The notes under the pieces are model-generated. The model worked only from the letters and a program-made list of their open reading frames with translations. It made no database searches and was not told where the DNA came from. A stretch of DNA of 64,000 nucleotides from a phage. The translations under genes and the position numbers were made by a program. The stretch lies in NCBI GenBank assembly GCA_020619395.1, contig GCA_020619395.1_4860.1; one strand, 5' to 3'. Shown piece by piece: positions 9,473 through 19,400 of the stretch. How positions within the stretch are numbered: the first letter of the stretch is position 1; each line of letters starts with the position of its first letter.

Positions 9473-9790
9473 TTAGTATACAACCAGTACGATGCAGTCA
9501 TCGATAGCCAGATTCAGTAATGAGTAGTCGTTACTTAACCGCTGGTAACGCATCCCTTTTTCAAACTGACTTAATTGTTCAGTCGGCATGGCGTATACCG
9601 CGCTTTGCACTACTCCCGTAAACAGTTCGTCGTAGAACTGGTCTACTTCCCCGACTTTGTAAAAGCGCATTCTTTGATTGTTAGCAAAGACGCTGTCTAG
9701 CTTCCCGTTACTGGCTTTCTGTACCGCAGTAAAGGCACTGTCTGCATCATTACGCTCTAATGCACTTTTAATGGTTTGAAATAAAGACAT
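9473..9790 (-). CDS. hypothetical protein (105 aa)
   Basis: ORF. Confidence 0.5.
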   Translation of the reverse strand: MSLFQTIKSALERNDADSAFTAVQKASNGKLDSVFANNQRMRFYKVGEVDQFYDELFTGVVQSAVYAMPTEQLSQFEKGMRYQRLSNDYSLLNLAIDDCIVLVVY

Positions 9791-9975
9791 GGTACTGCAC
9801 TCCTCGTTAGGTTAAAAGTCAAGGTCAACTACAAAAACAAAAAGGATGTCGGTATCCTACGGATACCTCCGTCTATGTTCGCATCCAATACATAAACCCC
9901 CTTACCCCCGTACTCTCCTCGATTGTCAAACGATGAGATCGAAACGTAAAAAGTGTAGTATGAGAGGAGGGTGGT

Positions 9976-10908
9976 ATGAATAAATCTAAGTCAGGGTTGC
10001 ACATCTTCTCGATAGGTATCGTCGCGGAAGATAAACCTCGTGGTGCCACTCGAGTTAAAGTCATCCCTATCGAAGTTAACTTTATTAATCCTACAGCTGT
10101 CGATGCAACAGAGACACCTGTAGAGAAGCAACACAACAGTTTAAGTGGTACTGACAACCTTACTGTAAAGCAAGGTAATGCCATCACTGCAAAATGGATG
10201 AAGTCCAACAGCAACCGGGTTAACCCTCCGGATGTGAAAAAAGAAGACTACGTAAGAATCTGGCGTATCGGTGAAACCGATATGTACTTCTGGGAAGATT
10301 TAAACAACAGTAACGTTAAGCGACTGGAAGATGGGGTATACGCCTGGTCTGCTGACCCAGTAAACCAGATGGCCGATGACCTCTCTAACGCCTACGTACT
10401 GAATATCTCCCCGATGGATGGTCACGTTACTTTACGCACCAGTATGACTAACGGTGAGAAAAATGCGTATCTATTTCAATTGAACACGCGCGATGGGTTT
10501 TTCCAGTTAGTAGATGACGAAGGGCGTAAGTTCTACCTTAACTCCCCAGAGGATGACTTAGGGTTTGAAAACGCCTGCCGATCGAAGGTTAATATCAATA
10601 AAGAGGACGCTTTCATTTATGCTAAACGTTCTATTAATCTCGAGACAAAAACGATTAACGAGAAGTGCGAAACTCGCAACTCTGCAGCGTCGAAAAACAT
10701 GGCATGGACGACTGAAGACTGGAAGACCGATTGTCCAACGAATCTATTTACCGGTAACCTGGAAGTAGGTAAGGATTTCCTCTATAATGGCAAGGGTGAA
10801 GGTAAGGGTACATTCACAGTTACCGAATCGGTTATCGGTGGCATCACCTTTAGTCTTCACTTGCATACTGGCCATGGTCCGGGCAACGACACTAGCACAC
10901 CGCACTAA
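9976..10908 (+). CDS. hypothetical protein (310 aa)
   Basis: strong RBS gaggagg before ATG; divergent from upstream block. Confidence 0.6.
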   Translation: MNKSKSGLHIFSIGIVAEDKPRGATRVKVIPIEVNFINPTAVDATETPVEKQHNSLSGTDNLTVKQGNAITAKWMKSNSNRVNPPDVKKEDYVRIWRIGETDMYFWEDLNNSNVKRLEDGVYAWSADPVNQMADDLSNAYVLNISPMDGHVTLRTSMTNGEKNAYLFQLNTRDGFFQLVDDEGRKFYLNSPEDDLGFENACRSKVNINKEDAFIYAKRSINLETKTINEKCETRNSAASKNMAWTTEDWKTDCPTNLFTGNLEVGKDFLYNGKGEGKGTFTVTESVIGGITFSLHLHTGHGPGNDTSTPH

Positions 10909-11069
10909 TTTAATTACGTGTGAGCTGTATATTGTGACAATAAACCTCCTAACTGTAACGATAACCCAAATCGCTTGTACACGGTTAGCCACTTTTTTCG
11001 CACAAAAGCCGGTTTATTGTCAACTAATTTACGAGTCGGGGCAGTTAATATGCCTCGAAGTACAAGTAG

Positions 11070-11096
11070 TTGAACATTGGGTTCTTCTGCTATCAT
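11070..11096 (+). promoter_or_regulatory. candidate sigma70-type promoter (TTGAAC-15/16-TATCAT)
   Basis: only plausible -35/-10 pair in the 200 nt leader of the DUF1471-like gene; spacer suboptimal. Confidence 0.25.
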
Positions 11097-11116
11097 TTGT
11101 TAATGGAGATAAGTAA

Positions 11117-11326
11117 ATGAGCATTCGTGAAATCACCGCAGGCAGCGACGTTTCTGGTCTGGTAGAAGCAGGCACTGTTCAGGTTTCTGGACTGAGCACC
11201 GTTACCGAAGTTACCGAAGCGCTGGCTAAGAAAGCCGAAGCTGAAGGCGGCGTAGCATTTAAAGTTACCGCTTGTGGCGGCAACAACAAAATGTTCGGCA
11301 ACGCAATCTACTACGTAAACGCGTAA
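11117..11326 (+). CDS. DUF1471 (BhsA/YcfR/YdgH-like) domain protein without signal peptide (69 aa)
   Basis: C-terminal ..EALAKKAEAEGGVAFKVTACGGNNKMFGNAIYY resembles the BhsA family from memory; RBS ggag; codon usage like highly expressed enterobacterial genes. Confidence 0.5.
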   Translation: MSIREITAGSDVSGLVEAGTVQVSGLSTVTEVTEALAKKAEAEGGVAFKVTACGGNNKMFGNAIYYVNA

Positions 11327-11351
11327 TCGGCCTGCAGGCAAAAAAGATATA

Positions 11352-11397
11352 GGTACCCTACTCCCATTGGGAGTAGGGTTTACCTTTTATTTTTTTC
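11352..11397. terminator. bidirectional rho-independent terminator
   Basis: stem accctactccc / gggagtagggt (11355-11379), flanked by A-run upstream and T-run downstream. Confidence 0.75.
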
Positions 11398-12649
11398 TTG
11401 CTTTGTAGCGATGCATTTCAACAAACGGCTTACCCCAAGCCCCGAAAGGCCCGACGATTGCCTGCGCGTCGTTTACCAAATTCTGGTTATACCAACGCGC
11501 GTTCCCCAACAAAAAGTTTTCCCGGTCGAAGAATGTGGTATTAAAGACCCACTCCCCTTCTTCCCAGGTCGGCCAGTACCCTACACATTTACCAATACGG
11601 TTAAAGATAGGACCTAGCGTCTTCTTCCCATCTGGGTCAGTCGGGTCTTTTAAATAGAACCGGCCCCAGATAGCGTTGTGGCTTATTCCGTGAATCTCTT
11701 TTTCGAGATACGGGTTGTCTATCGTAAAGATAAACGAGGATTCGTGCGTCAGCAACGCTTTTAACGTTTCTGAGTTACGAATACGTTGAACGGACGTAGG
11801 CGTACTTAAATCACCTACACCGATGGCGTCCCAATCGTAATAGCGACGGGTTTCCAATACAATCTTCGCCACGCTAAGGTTTGGCAGACTCAGCATAATC
11901 GCACGGTCGCTGAAATAGCCCTGCGGTGGCAACCAATGCAGAATACCCCCGATGACGAACCCAACGGTTTTCCCTGTAATGGAATCGGGTAAGGTCAACA
12001 TTAACGAAGAATAGTAATCTCGCGTAGTATCGAGTTTGTTCATCGTTAAACCGGATATGGGGTAAGTCTTCACTTTACCAATATTCGCCATCACTAGACA
12101 GCCGATGTCGGGTGTGTTGGCTCTCCGCACGATGTTACCAGCGCCGGTTAAGCGAACACCCACTGGGTCAGATTGGTGCGGTACCCATTGACCGTTGATG
12201 TTGTACAGTACCCCAGTACGGTATTTCTCTTTCCACTCATCGTCGCAGACTACAACAACGTCGTGTGCATCATCAGGATTGAAGTCCTGAGTGTAGTGGT
12301 ACCCAGGAGGGCACAGGTGCGTTTCTACGGGCACATCTGCATTAATAGACTGGTAGTGTGCCTCAACGAATTCGAGCTTCGGTAAGCCCTTCCCAAGCGT
12401 TGGAATCGCGATTCCTGACTTGGTGTTTAACCAATCTTGCAACGTGTCCGTACGGTTTTGTAAATCAGCCAGGTGATACTGGCTATAGAAGGTATATTCA
12501 GCACCTAGTGCTTCTAGTCCTACTTCGAAAAAGTGGTAGTTAGCACAAAGGGTATTTAAGGGCTGCGTGACATCGATGGTTCCCCAAGTTCGGGTGTCTC
12601 GAGAGAAGCCAAAAGCGCTGTCGGCCCGCACTTGATAAGCAGTAGTCAC
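11387..12649 (-). CDS. hypothetical protein (420 aa), possibly structural
   Basis: long ORF divergent from the tail-fibre operon. Confidence 0.6.
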   Translation of the reverse strand: MTTAYQVRADSAFGFSRDTRTWGTIDVTQPLNTLCANYHFFEVGLEALGAEYTFYSQYHLADLQNRTDTLQDWLNTKSGIAIPTLGKGLPKLEFVEAHYQSINADVPVETHLCPPGYHYTQDFNPDDAHDVVVVCDDEWKEKYRTGVLYNINGQWVPHQSDPVGVRLTGAGNIVRRANTPDIGCLVMANIGKVKTYPISGLTMNKLDTTRDYYSSLMLTLPDSITGKTVGFVIGGILHWLPPQGYFSDRAIMLSLPNLSVAKIVLETRRYYDWDAIGVGDLSTPTSVQRIRNSETLKALLTHESSFIFTIDNPYLEKEIHGISHNAIWGRFYLKDPTDPDGKKTLGPIFNRIGKCVGYWPTWEEGEWVFNTTFFDRENFLLGNARWYNQNLVNDAQAIVGPFGAWGKPFVEMHRYKARKK

Positions 12650-12716
12650 TGGCTGTTTCCTCTAAGGATTCGGGTCATAGTATGAACTCGACGCCCTCAG
12701 AGAAAAGGAGTGTAAA

Positions 12717-15700
12717 ATGGCTGTCGTCCCTGACCCGCACTATCAAGAACCGGGGAATATGCAGACCGGTGAAGCGGTAACGCCGATCGGTACTAAGTAC
12801 CGGATGCTGTTCCCCGCACACGCCCCCTTTTATACCACATCCCTGGTGGTCAAGAGTGGCGGCAAGAAATTAACATTAGGTGATGATTACGTCATCACCC
12901 ATGCGTACGTTACGGGCATGGCCCGCACTGGCCATGTTTGTCACGGCGGCGTGTGGATTACCAACCCGAAATACCAGAGCGGCTTTACACTCGATTACCA
13001 TGCAATTGGTATCGGCGAAGCCACTGCAGAAATGATCGCCGCAGAACGAGAAGCGAATAAAGATCGCTATCCCGTAGACTGCCAATGGGATAACGTCATT
13101 GGGGATTTATATTTCCCACCGGTCGATATTAAGTTCGATTGGGAAAACTGGCGTGGCGAATCTGAGTTGATGGAAGCCATTGTTGCGGTTGGTGCTAAGC
13201 TCGGTGAAGCGATCAGTCGCGTTGACCCGATTGCTCGTAACACGTTAGACCTTCAATATCGCGCCGGCGTCACGCTTATCACATCCGAGCAGTATGCGAC
13301 GTACGACGGTACTGGCGGCTACACGTATAACGCGTCGCGTCGTCGTTATTCGTTATCTTACCAGAACACGACATTCGATGCGTATTCGTTAGCGGTAAAA
13401 CACCGTTTACCGAGCATTCCACCGGAAACAACGTTGAACCCAGGCGAGCTGATCGATTGGATGCTCTGTTACGCAAACGGCGGGACAAGTATCCTGCGTC
13501 TTCAGTTGAAGCAACGCGCGATTTATCTTACCTTAACGACAGCGATTGGTTCCGGTTCGTCTAATTACAGCTATACGTTAACTACTGGCCTGACCGATAC
13601 CGAGTTGGCGGGTGAGGTTGAGTTTAGCGTGGTCAGACGCGAAGGTAACGGCGTTTACGACATCACCGTTAAAACAAGCAAGCAAACCGTTAACTACAGC
13701 TTTAACGTTGACAACCCACCGAGCGAATTTGCACCAGGGTATCAGAAAACTGATGTCGCAAAATGGTTGAAGTTTAAATCGGACGTCAACCTAAACTGGT
13801 GGGCAGGTGAGAACGATTACGTCCAGATTCGCTCATTACCTGGCGCACCGTCGCCTGACGTTAACAATGACGTGTACCAGCTGCTGGTAAAATATCACCA
13901 GATTGTCGATAAACTGTACCGTGATGCACCGGCACACACACACGTGCCGCGCAAGGATAACCCGCATCGCGATTCGTGGGGCGCAATCCGTGCTTTGGAG
14001 AATAACGGTATTGCTTCGGACGCGACGCTGGTATACGGAAAAACGCAACCGCAGCTGACAGATTACGTTAACAATCTGTTGCCGAAACTGTCAACGCTGG
14101 CGAATAAGCTTTTACGTTTACCGACGGCTGCACAGTCTATCAACGGCACGTTCGGCATGAAGCCTGGCCTGACTTCAATAACGTCAGCAGTGGGTACCGA
14201 TGAGTCTGAAGGCGTGGGTGCACAATTTACGGTTGACCCGAGGGTTATCCGTTTTATTGGACGCGATTCGCAAACCGTTAACGCCGGGAACAATCCGATT
14301 ACATGGCAAGGTGGGGCTAACCAACTCATCCTTTATCCGGATTCCCGTGGATTGGAGTTCAACGGTAAGAAATTGTTGGACCCTACTACGGTCGGGCCGT
14401 ACCTGCCGGGCAACGAGTCGGGTGGTGATGGACTATTTTACGGAACATCCACAGCTACTGTAACCATTAACGGTAACGGTATTCAGTCTGTTCCGTTCAT
14501 TTGTACTTTTGTTCCACCGGAGTCCGACGACCTTGGCCTGATGGCTGTCCGTTTGTTGGCTACTGAATTCGGTGATCGTGAGGACTTGGCCGCAACGCCG
14601 GCACTCATCAAGAAATTGGATCAGCAGTTTACGGGCAAGTTGGTTGCCGTTAAATCGTACATCAACGACATGCCACTGACGAGTTCTATTTACATCGATA
14701 AAACTAACTTCGGCTTATCGAACGTACAGAACGTCCCAGATGTACAATTGCCGATCTCCCCGCTCCAACAAGCTGAGCTGGACAAGTATGCATTCGTTGG
14801 TCACACACACACTCCTGCTGCGCTCGGGATTAAGCGTGCAACAACGACGGAGTTCGGTTTAGTACAGTTCGGCACCGCGGTTGATGATGCCACGCTGGCA
14901 TTAGACGGCGGTGAGGTCATCCGACAGGCGGACGCCATCACAGAGATAGAGAAGGTTGCGAAGACAGTCGACTCTGGTGCTTCAATCAATATTATTCGTT
15001 ACGGTTTACCCGGCACGGATATCATTGAAAACGGCATCACTTACACCGACTGGATGGTTACTATTAAAGCGAACGATTATTTCGTTGGTCGCGAGTACAA
15101 AGTACCTCTCTCCACATTTAACTTGGCTGAGCTATTCCCAGCGACGCACGAAGATGCTGAGTTTGGCGTGTATGTTGACGCGGCGGGCGATGATGGCAAG
15201 TACATTATCTACGAAAATCCAAACACGGCAGAAACTGAGACGATGACCAAAATAGGTTCCATCATCACCAGTGAAACCGGTGTGGTTTTTGTAGAAATCC
15301 GCAACGTAACGCGTTTAGGTGAGTTTCGTGAATTAGGCGAGCATGTCGAGGACGATAACGCCCATATTCGTCGGGGTATGTCGCAAGCTGAATTCGGATT
15401 TACTTACGGTACAGGCGGGCCTGTGTGGTCCACGGGCGCGCCGGGTACAAAACGTATAGATGCTGATTGGCGTTACGCGCAGGCTAGCAGCTATACGCCT
15501 ATGTTGAAAGCGGACTACGATCCGGCTGCTGATAAATGGACGTTTAAAACAACCAGTTTATCTGTAGCCGATTATCGTTTTGTCCACAACACATTCCCGA
15601 TGTTCCAGAATAACGGCATTACCGCAACGTGGACACCTTTAACCGCAACAGCGGACAGTGTGCTAGAAACGGTAATTGGGTGTTGTCATCACTCGGCCAC

Positions 15701-16430
15701 GTTCATGCACCGTATTTCTGTACTCGTCGCACGCACCGCAGGGCGTATCACCACTCCAGGCGGCGTGAGCACGTATGCGGGAATCGCGGTTAACTACGGA
15801 CGTGCTGCACAGGTTGTTATTGGCTTGAACGGCGTTACTGGTTCCGGCCATGACTGGACGGCACTTAACCCATCGGTGCGTTTCAGCCACACGCGAACAG
15901 CGGACGGTATTTCGTTCGAGGGAACGATTAACATCGATTCCAAAACGATCAACTTTGAGCTGACGCTAACCGCGACAACAAAGACGCTGAAATACACCTT
16001 GCAGTCGACCGGCGAGTCGTGGACTGAGGATTTGTCTACCCGTCTCCGTCCTGACTATATCGACTTGACGAAACTGATTACCGATCCGAGTACGCCGATT
16101 TATCACGGCGTGGGTGGTTTGTTTAGTTCCGACACAGAAGCGCGTTTGACTTACGCTAACCTGAACACGATGCCGACAAAGAATCGTTATTACGCCACGT
16201 TCCTTGACTATGCGATTAACTATTCCGGCTTAAACCGCGCAAGATTCTTTACTGGCGTGGTGGATGCAGGTTTAACGATTAATGAGATGAACAGCGCGAT
16301 GTGCAACTATTCATACAGTTCGTTCCGACCAGTGGATGCAGGTAAAATTCCACTGGTGGCACACCCATCCAAGATGATGACGTTCAATCCGAAAAACACG
16401 TCAGCTCGAACACTTATTATTCGTGATTAA
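12717..16430 (+). CDS. tail fibre protein 1 (1237 aa)
   Basis: RBS aaaaggag; shares N-terminal domain with next three genes; GHTHT..ATTTEFGLVQFG fibre-type repeat motifs. Confidence 0.65.
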   Translation: MAVVPDPHYQEPGNMQTGEAVTPIGTKYRMLFPAHAPFYTTSLVVKSGGKKLTLGDDYVITHAYVTGMARTGHVCHGGVWITNPKYQSGFTLDYHAIGIGEATAEMIAAEREANKDRYPVDCQWDNVIGDLYFPPVDIKFDWENWRGESELMEAIVAVGAKLGEAISRVDPIARNTLDLQYRAGVTLITSEQYATYDGTGGYTYNASRRRYSLSYQNTTFDAYSLAVKHRLPSIPPETTLNPGELIDWMLCYANGGTSILRLQLKQRAIYLTLTTAIGSGSSNYSYTLTTGLTDTELAGEVEFSVVRREGNGVYDITVKTSKQTVNYSFNVDNPPSEFAPGYQKTDVAKWLKFKSDVNLNWWAGENDYVQIRSLPGAPSPDVNNDVYQLLVKYHQIVDKLYRDAPAHTHVPRKDNPHRDSWGAIRALENNGIASDATLVYGKTQPQLTDYVNNLLPKLSTLANKLLRLPTAAQSINGTFGMKPGLTSITSAVGTDESEGVGAQFTVDPRVIRFIGRDSQTVNAGNNPITWQGGANQLILYPDSRGLEFNGKKLLDPTTVGPYLPGNESGGDGLFYGTSTATVTINGNGIQSVPFICTFVPPESDDLGLMAVRLLATEFGDREDLAATPALIKKLDQQFTGKLVAVKSYINDMPLTSSIYIDKTNFGLSNVQNVPDVQLPISPLQQAELDKYAFVGHTHTPAALGIKRATTTEFGLVQFGTAVDDATLALDGGEVIRQADAITEIEKVAKTVDSGASINIIRYGLPGTDIIENGITYTDWMVTIKANDYFVGREYKVPLSTFNLAELFPATHEDAEFGVYVDAAGDDGKYIIYENPNTAETETMTKIGSIITSETGVVFVEIRNVTRLGEFRELGEHVEDDNAHIRRGMSQAEFGFTYGTGGPVWSTGAPGTKRIDADWRYAQASSYTPMLKADYDPAADKWTFKTTSLSVADYRFVHNTFPMFQNNGITATWTPLTATADSVLETVIGCCHHSATFMHRISVLVARTAGRITTPGGVSTYAGIAVNYGRAAQVVIGLNGVTGSGHDWTALNPSVRFSHTRTADGISFEGTINIDSKTINFELTLTATTKTLKYTLQSTGESWTEDLSTRLRPDYIDLTKLITDPSTPIYHGVGGLFSSDTEARLTYANLNTMPTKNRYYATFLDYAINYSGLNRARFFTGVVDAGLTINEMNSAMCNYSYSSFRPVDAGKIPLVAHPSKMMTFNPKNTSARTLIIRD

Positions 16431-16442
16431 GGAGATTTTTGA

Positions 16443-19400
16443 ATGAAAACGTATCCTTACGATCCTCGGGGTGTAAATCCCGAGTGTCACTTCATCGAGG
16501 AACGTATCATCGACTCCGACAATCCTAACGATCGGGTGGTGATGCTAGATCATCGCCCGTTTTTCGAAGGATTGGTGGTAAGGCTCGCCGGCTCGTCCAT
16601 ACCGCTTACCCGCGGGACGGACTATGAGCTGGAGTATGCTTTAACACCGTTGGACGACTCGGTGACGACCCCGGTGTTTTGCGGGGTGCATCTTATTAAC
16701 CCTAAACTGCGTGGTGCGGTGGTCTTTGAAGGCCAGATGCTCGGGGGTACGTTTTACAGTGGTTTGATTGAGATGTTGGATGAGCTAATTAAGGCACTCA
16801 ACAACCCAACGGCTGCAGATTGGCTGCTTTTAGGTAATCGACCTTCCCTGTACCCAGCCACCCCTGCAGCGGTAGCTTGGTCAGACATGCTGAATAAAAA
16901 GTATGTTGCCTCTGCAGTGCATGATGTGGAGTTAGATGCCGGGGCGGCCAACGAGCAGATTCGTGAAAAGCTTACTGAGCTGAAAGATGCGGTTTTGGGC
17001 TTAGGAACTGAAATCGCCACATTTAACTACCCCGGACACATTGCGTCCACTAACCCTCATGGGACTACCGCGGCGCAGGCCGGTGCGCATCCTGTCAACC
17101 TGAAAACGCCAGATACTTTCCTGGCGTATGGAAAGACGTTGCGTCAGTTAACCAGCGAGGTCCGTGCACTGGGTCTGCAACAATCGGATATCGACAAGTA
17201 CATTTCTAAATGGGTATCGAAAGAATCCAAAGGGGTGTTTAATGCGACGATATCCGGTACTCGTGCCCTGTTCCGTTCTCCTGCTGGTGAATCCGAAATT
17301 GTGTTCTCTGCTGAGGCATTCACTCTTAAATCTAATGGCTCTGTTGTGTTGGCGTGTGGGTATGCCGACACTACTGGAACCGCCCGGTTTATGGAGTGGA
17401 AAGCAGGCAACAATACATTACGTATTGAGTCGACTGGCAGTGCCTTGGGGATGGATAAGCTGACGCTTAATGGTACGACGTTACTGACCACAACTGCTCT
17501 CATGGGCTATCAACAAGACCCTGGTACCGGCGGTGGTACCGTTGACCCGGATGACAACAAACTGTACATTAGCGGGGTGAACGGCATTACTTTCACGGGT
17601 AAAGGGTCAAAAGCCGATCCCGTCACCGGGAAGGTCACAGCCAAACCCGCGACGACCTCTGAACCTGGCGTTGTGACGCTGACTGATAAGCCGAGCGATG
17701 TAGTCAAGGGACAAGCAGTCACCCCAGCTTCGCTCTTACCGTACGAGGGTGATCTGTCTTCGTACGTCAGGAAAACAACGCTGCTGAATAACCAGCCGAT
17801 GGACACTGGTAGCCGAACGCTAACGAAAAAGGATTTGGGTCTGGACTTGGCTGATAACACAGCTGACGTCGATAAACCACTTTCTGATGCGTTGGCAGAA
17901 GCAGTTACCGGTCTTAGTGATAAAGATCACCATCACAACTTCGCCGATTTACAGATCCCAACGGCTTCTCAAACAGTTCCCGGTATCGCTCGATATTCTA
18001 CCAACCTAAACGGCTTGTCGGATAATCGCGGCGTTACCCCGAACGTTCTGAACGATTTGTCAAAACGTTTAGACGTAGTTGCAGCTGCGCTAGCAAACGC
18101 GAAAGAGGATTCCGTGACCGATTTTGCCGCTGTGCGCGGTAAGACTTGGACTGTGGGATCTACACGTACCACCCTCGCCGTAACGGATTTGAATTATTTC
18201 TATCTGTTAAATGGTGCACGTAAAGAGGGGACGGTATCTGGTTCGATAGACTTGCAAACCACCCCGATGTTCCAGTGGTTCTCTCCAGATAACCGTATGG
18301 AAAGAACGTGGCAGAACGCGGTAATTAATACCGGTGCCGGTATTGATTTTAGTGGGTTTGAGGTTGCCGTCCCGGAAACGAACTACGGTGCGCAGATTGG
18401 GTTAACGACAACCGGAATGGGTGATTTGTCGGTCGTTAACCTCTTGGCGAAAACGTGGGTTCGTTGCGACTCTGGTAAGCTGCGGATTTGGGTTCGTGGC
18501 GGTGGTGCTGTTTCTGTTTATCTGGACGGTGAAATTATCGGTGCGGGTATTACAGAAGCGGGGTATCTGGAGGCGAAGGTCAAGGAGGGGTGGAAGCAAC
18601 ACTGCTTAGCATTCCGTGCCGAGTGTAACGATAGCGCTAAAGCAGCCGCAATTCGTTTCACAATTTACGACGGTGACTTTGCGGTTGGGGCCTCGGATAA
18701 AAACACCAAAGTTGCCCGCCTGCAGGAGTTTGTTAAGACGCCGAACGGTTTAAGGCATTACCTTTACGTGAACATGATAACCGATGCGTTATATTCGCGC
18801 GCCGAACCTATTGTGGACACGGAAGGTATTAACCTGGAACGTGGGTATATCGGCCACATTGATGTCCCTGACGCGGGATTGGTTGCAGGCACGACTTACG
18901 AGTTTGAAACGACGTTTGATTTTGGCATGGCGTCCGAACTTAAACGGCACTTCGAAACACGTCTAGCACACGGGGTGAGTAACACCGACTGGTCGTTGAC
19001 GGATAACCCGAAAATGCTGCCGTTGAATAAGGTTGATCCATTACCTAAACAATGGCTGTATGCGTATCCAACTAACCCGTCTGTTTCTGGGGATAACCTC
19101 GTTCGTTTAGATCGTGGGTTATTTGATTATAAATTCGTAAGTGCCACCTCGCTTAGGATTCTTCTTGCGGCGGTTGTTTCCACTGAAAACGCGTCCCCGT
19201 ATTGCTGGTTTACACCAAGCAACCCGAAAGAAAATGGTATGGCGACATTCGAGGGTTCGGTGGTAATCGACACTGATTATCCTGAAGTCCCAAAAACCTC
19301 GGACGTCGAAGTTTCATTAAACTTCATGACCCCTTCTGCTGATGGGAAAGGTAAAACCAGAGTCCTGCGGTGGAGTAACACCAAGACCAGTTTAAATTGT

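Noticed and set aside
9873-10214. Minus-strand ORF of 113 aa
   Set aside because: Overlaps the strong RBS and start of 9976..10908 and the divergent intergenic region.
10744-11116. Small ORFs (82, 109, 60 aa) in the leader upstream of the DUF1471-like gene
   Set aside because: Mutually overlapping, no RBS, within an AT-rich non-coding leader.
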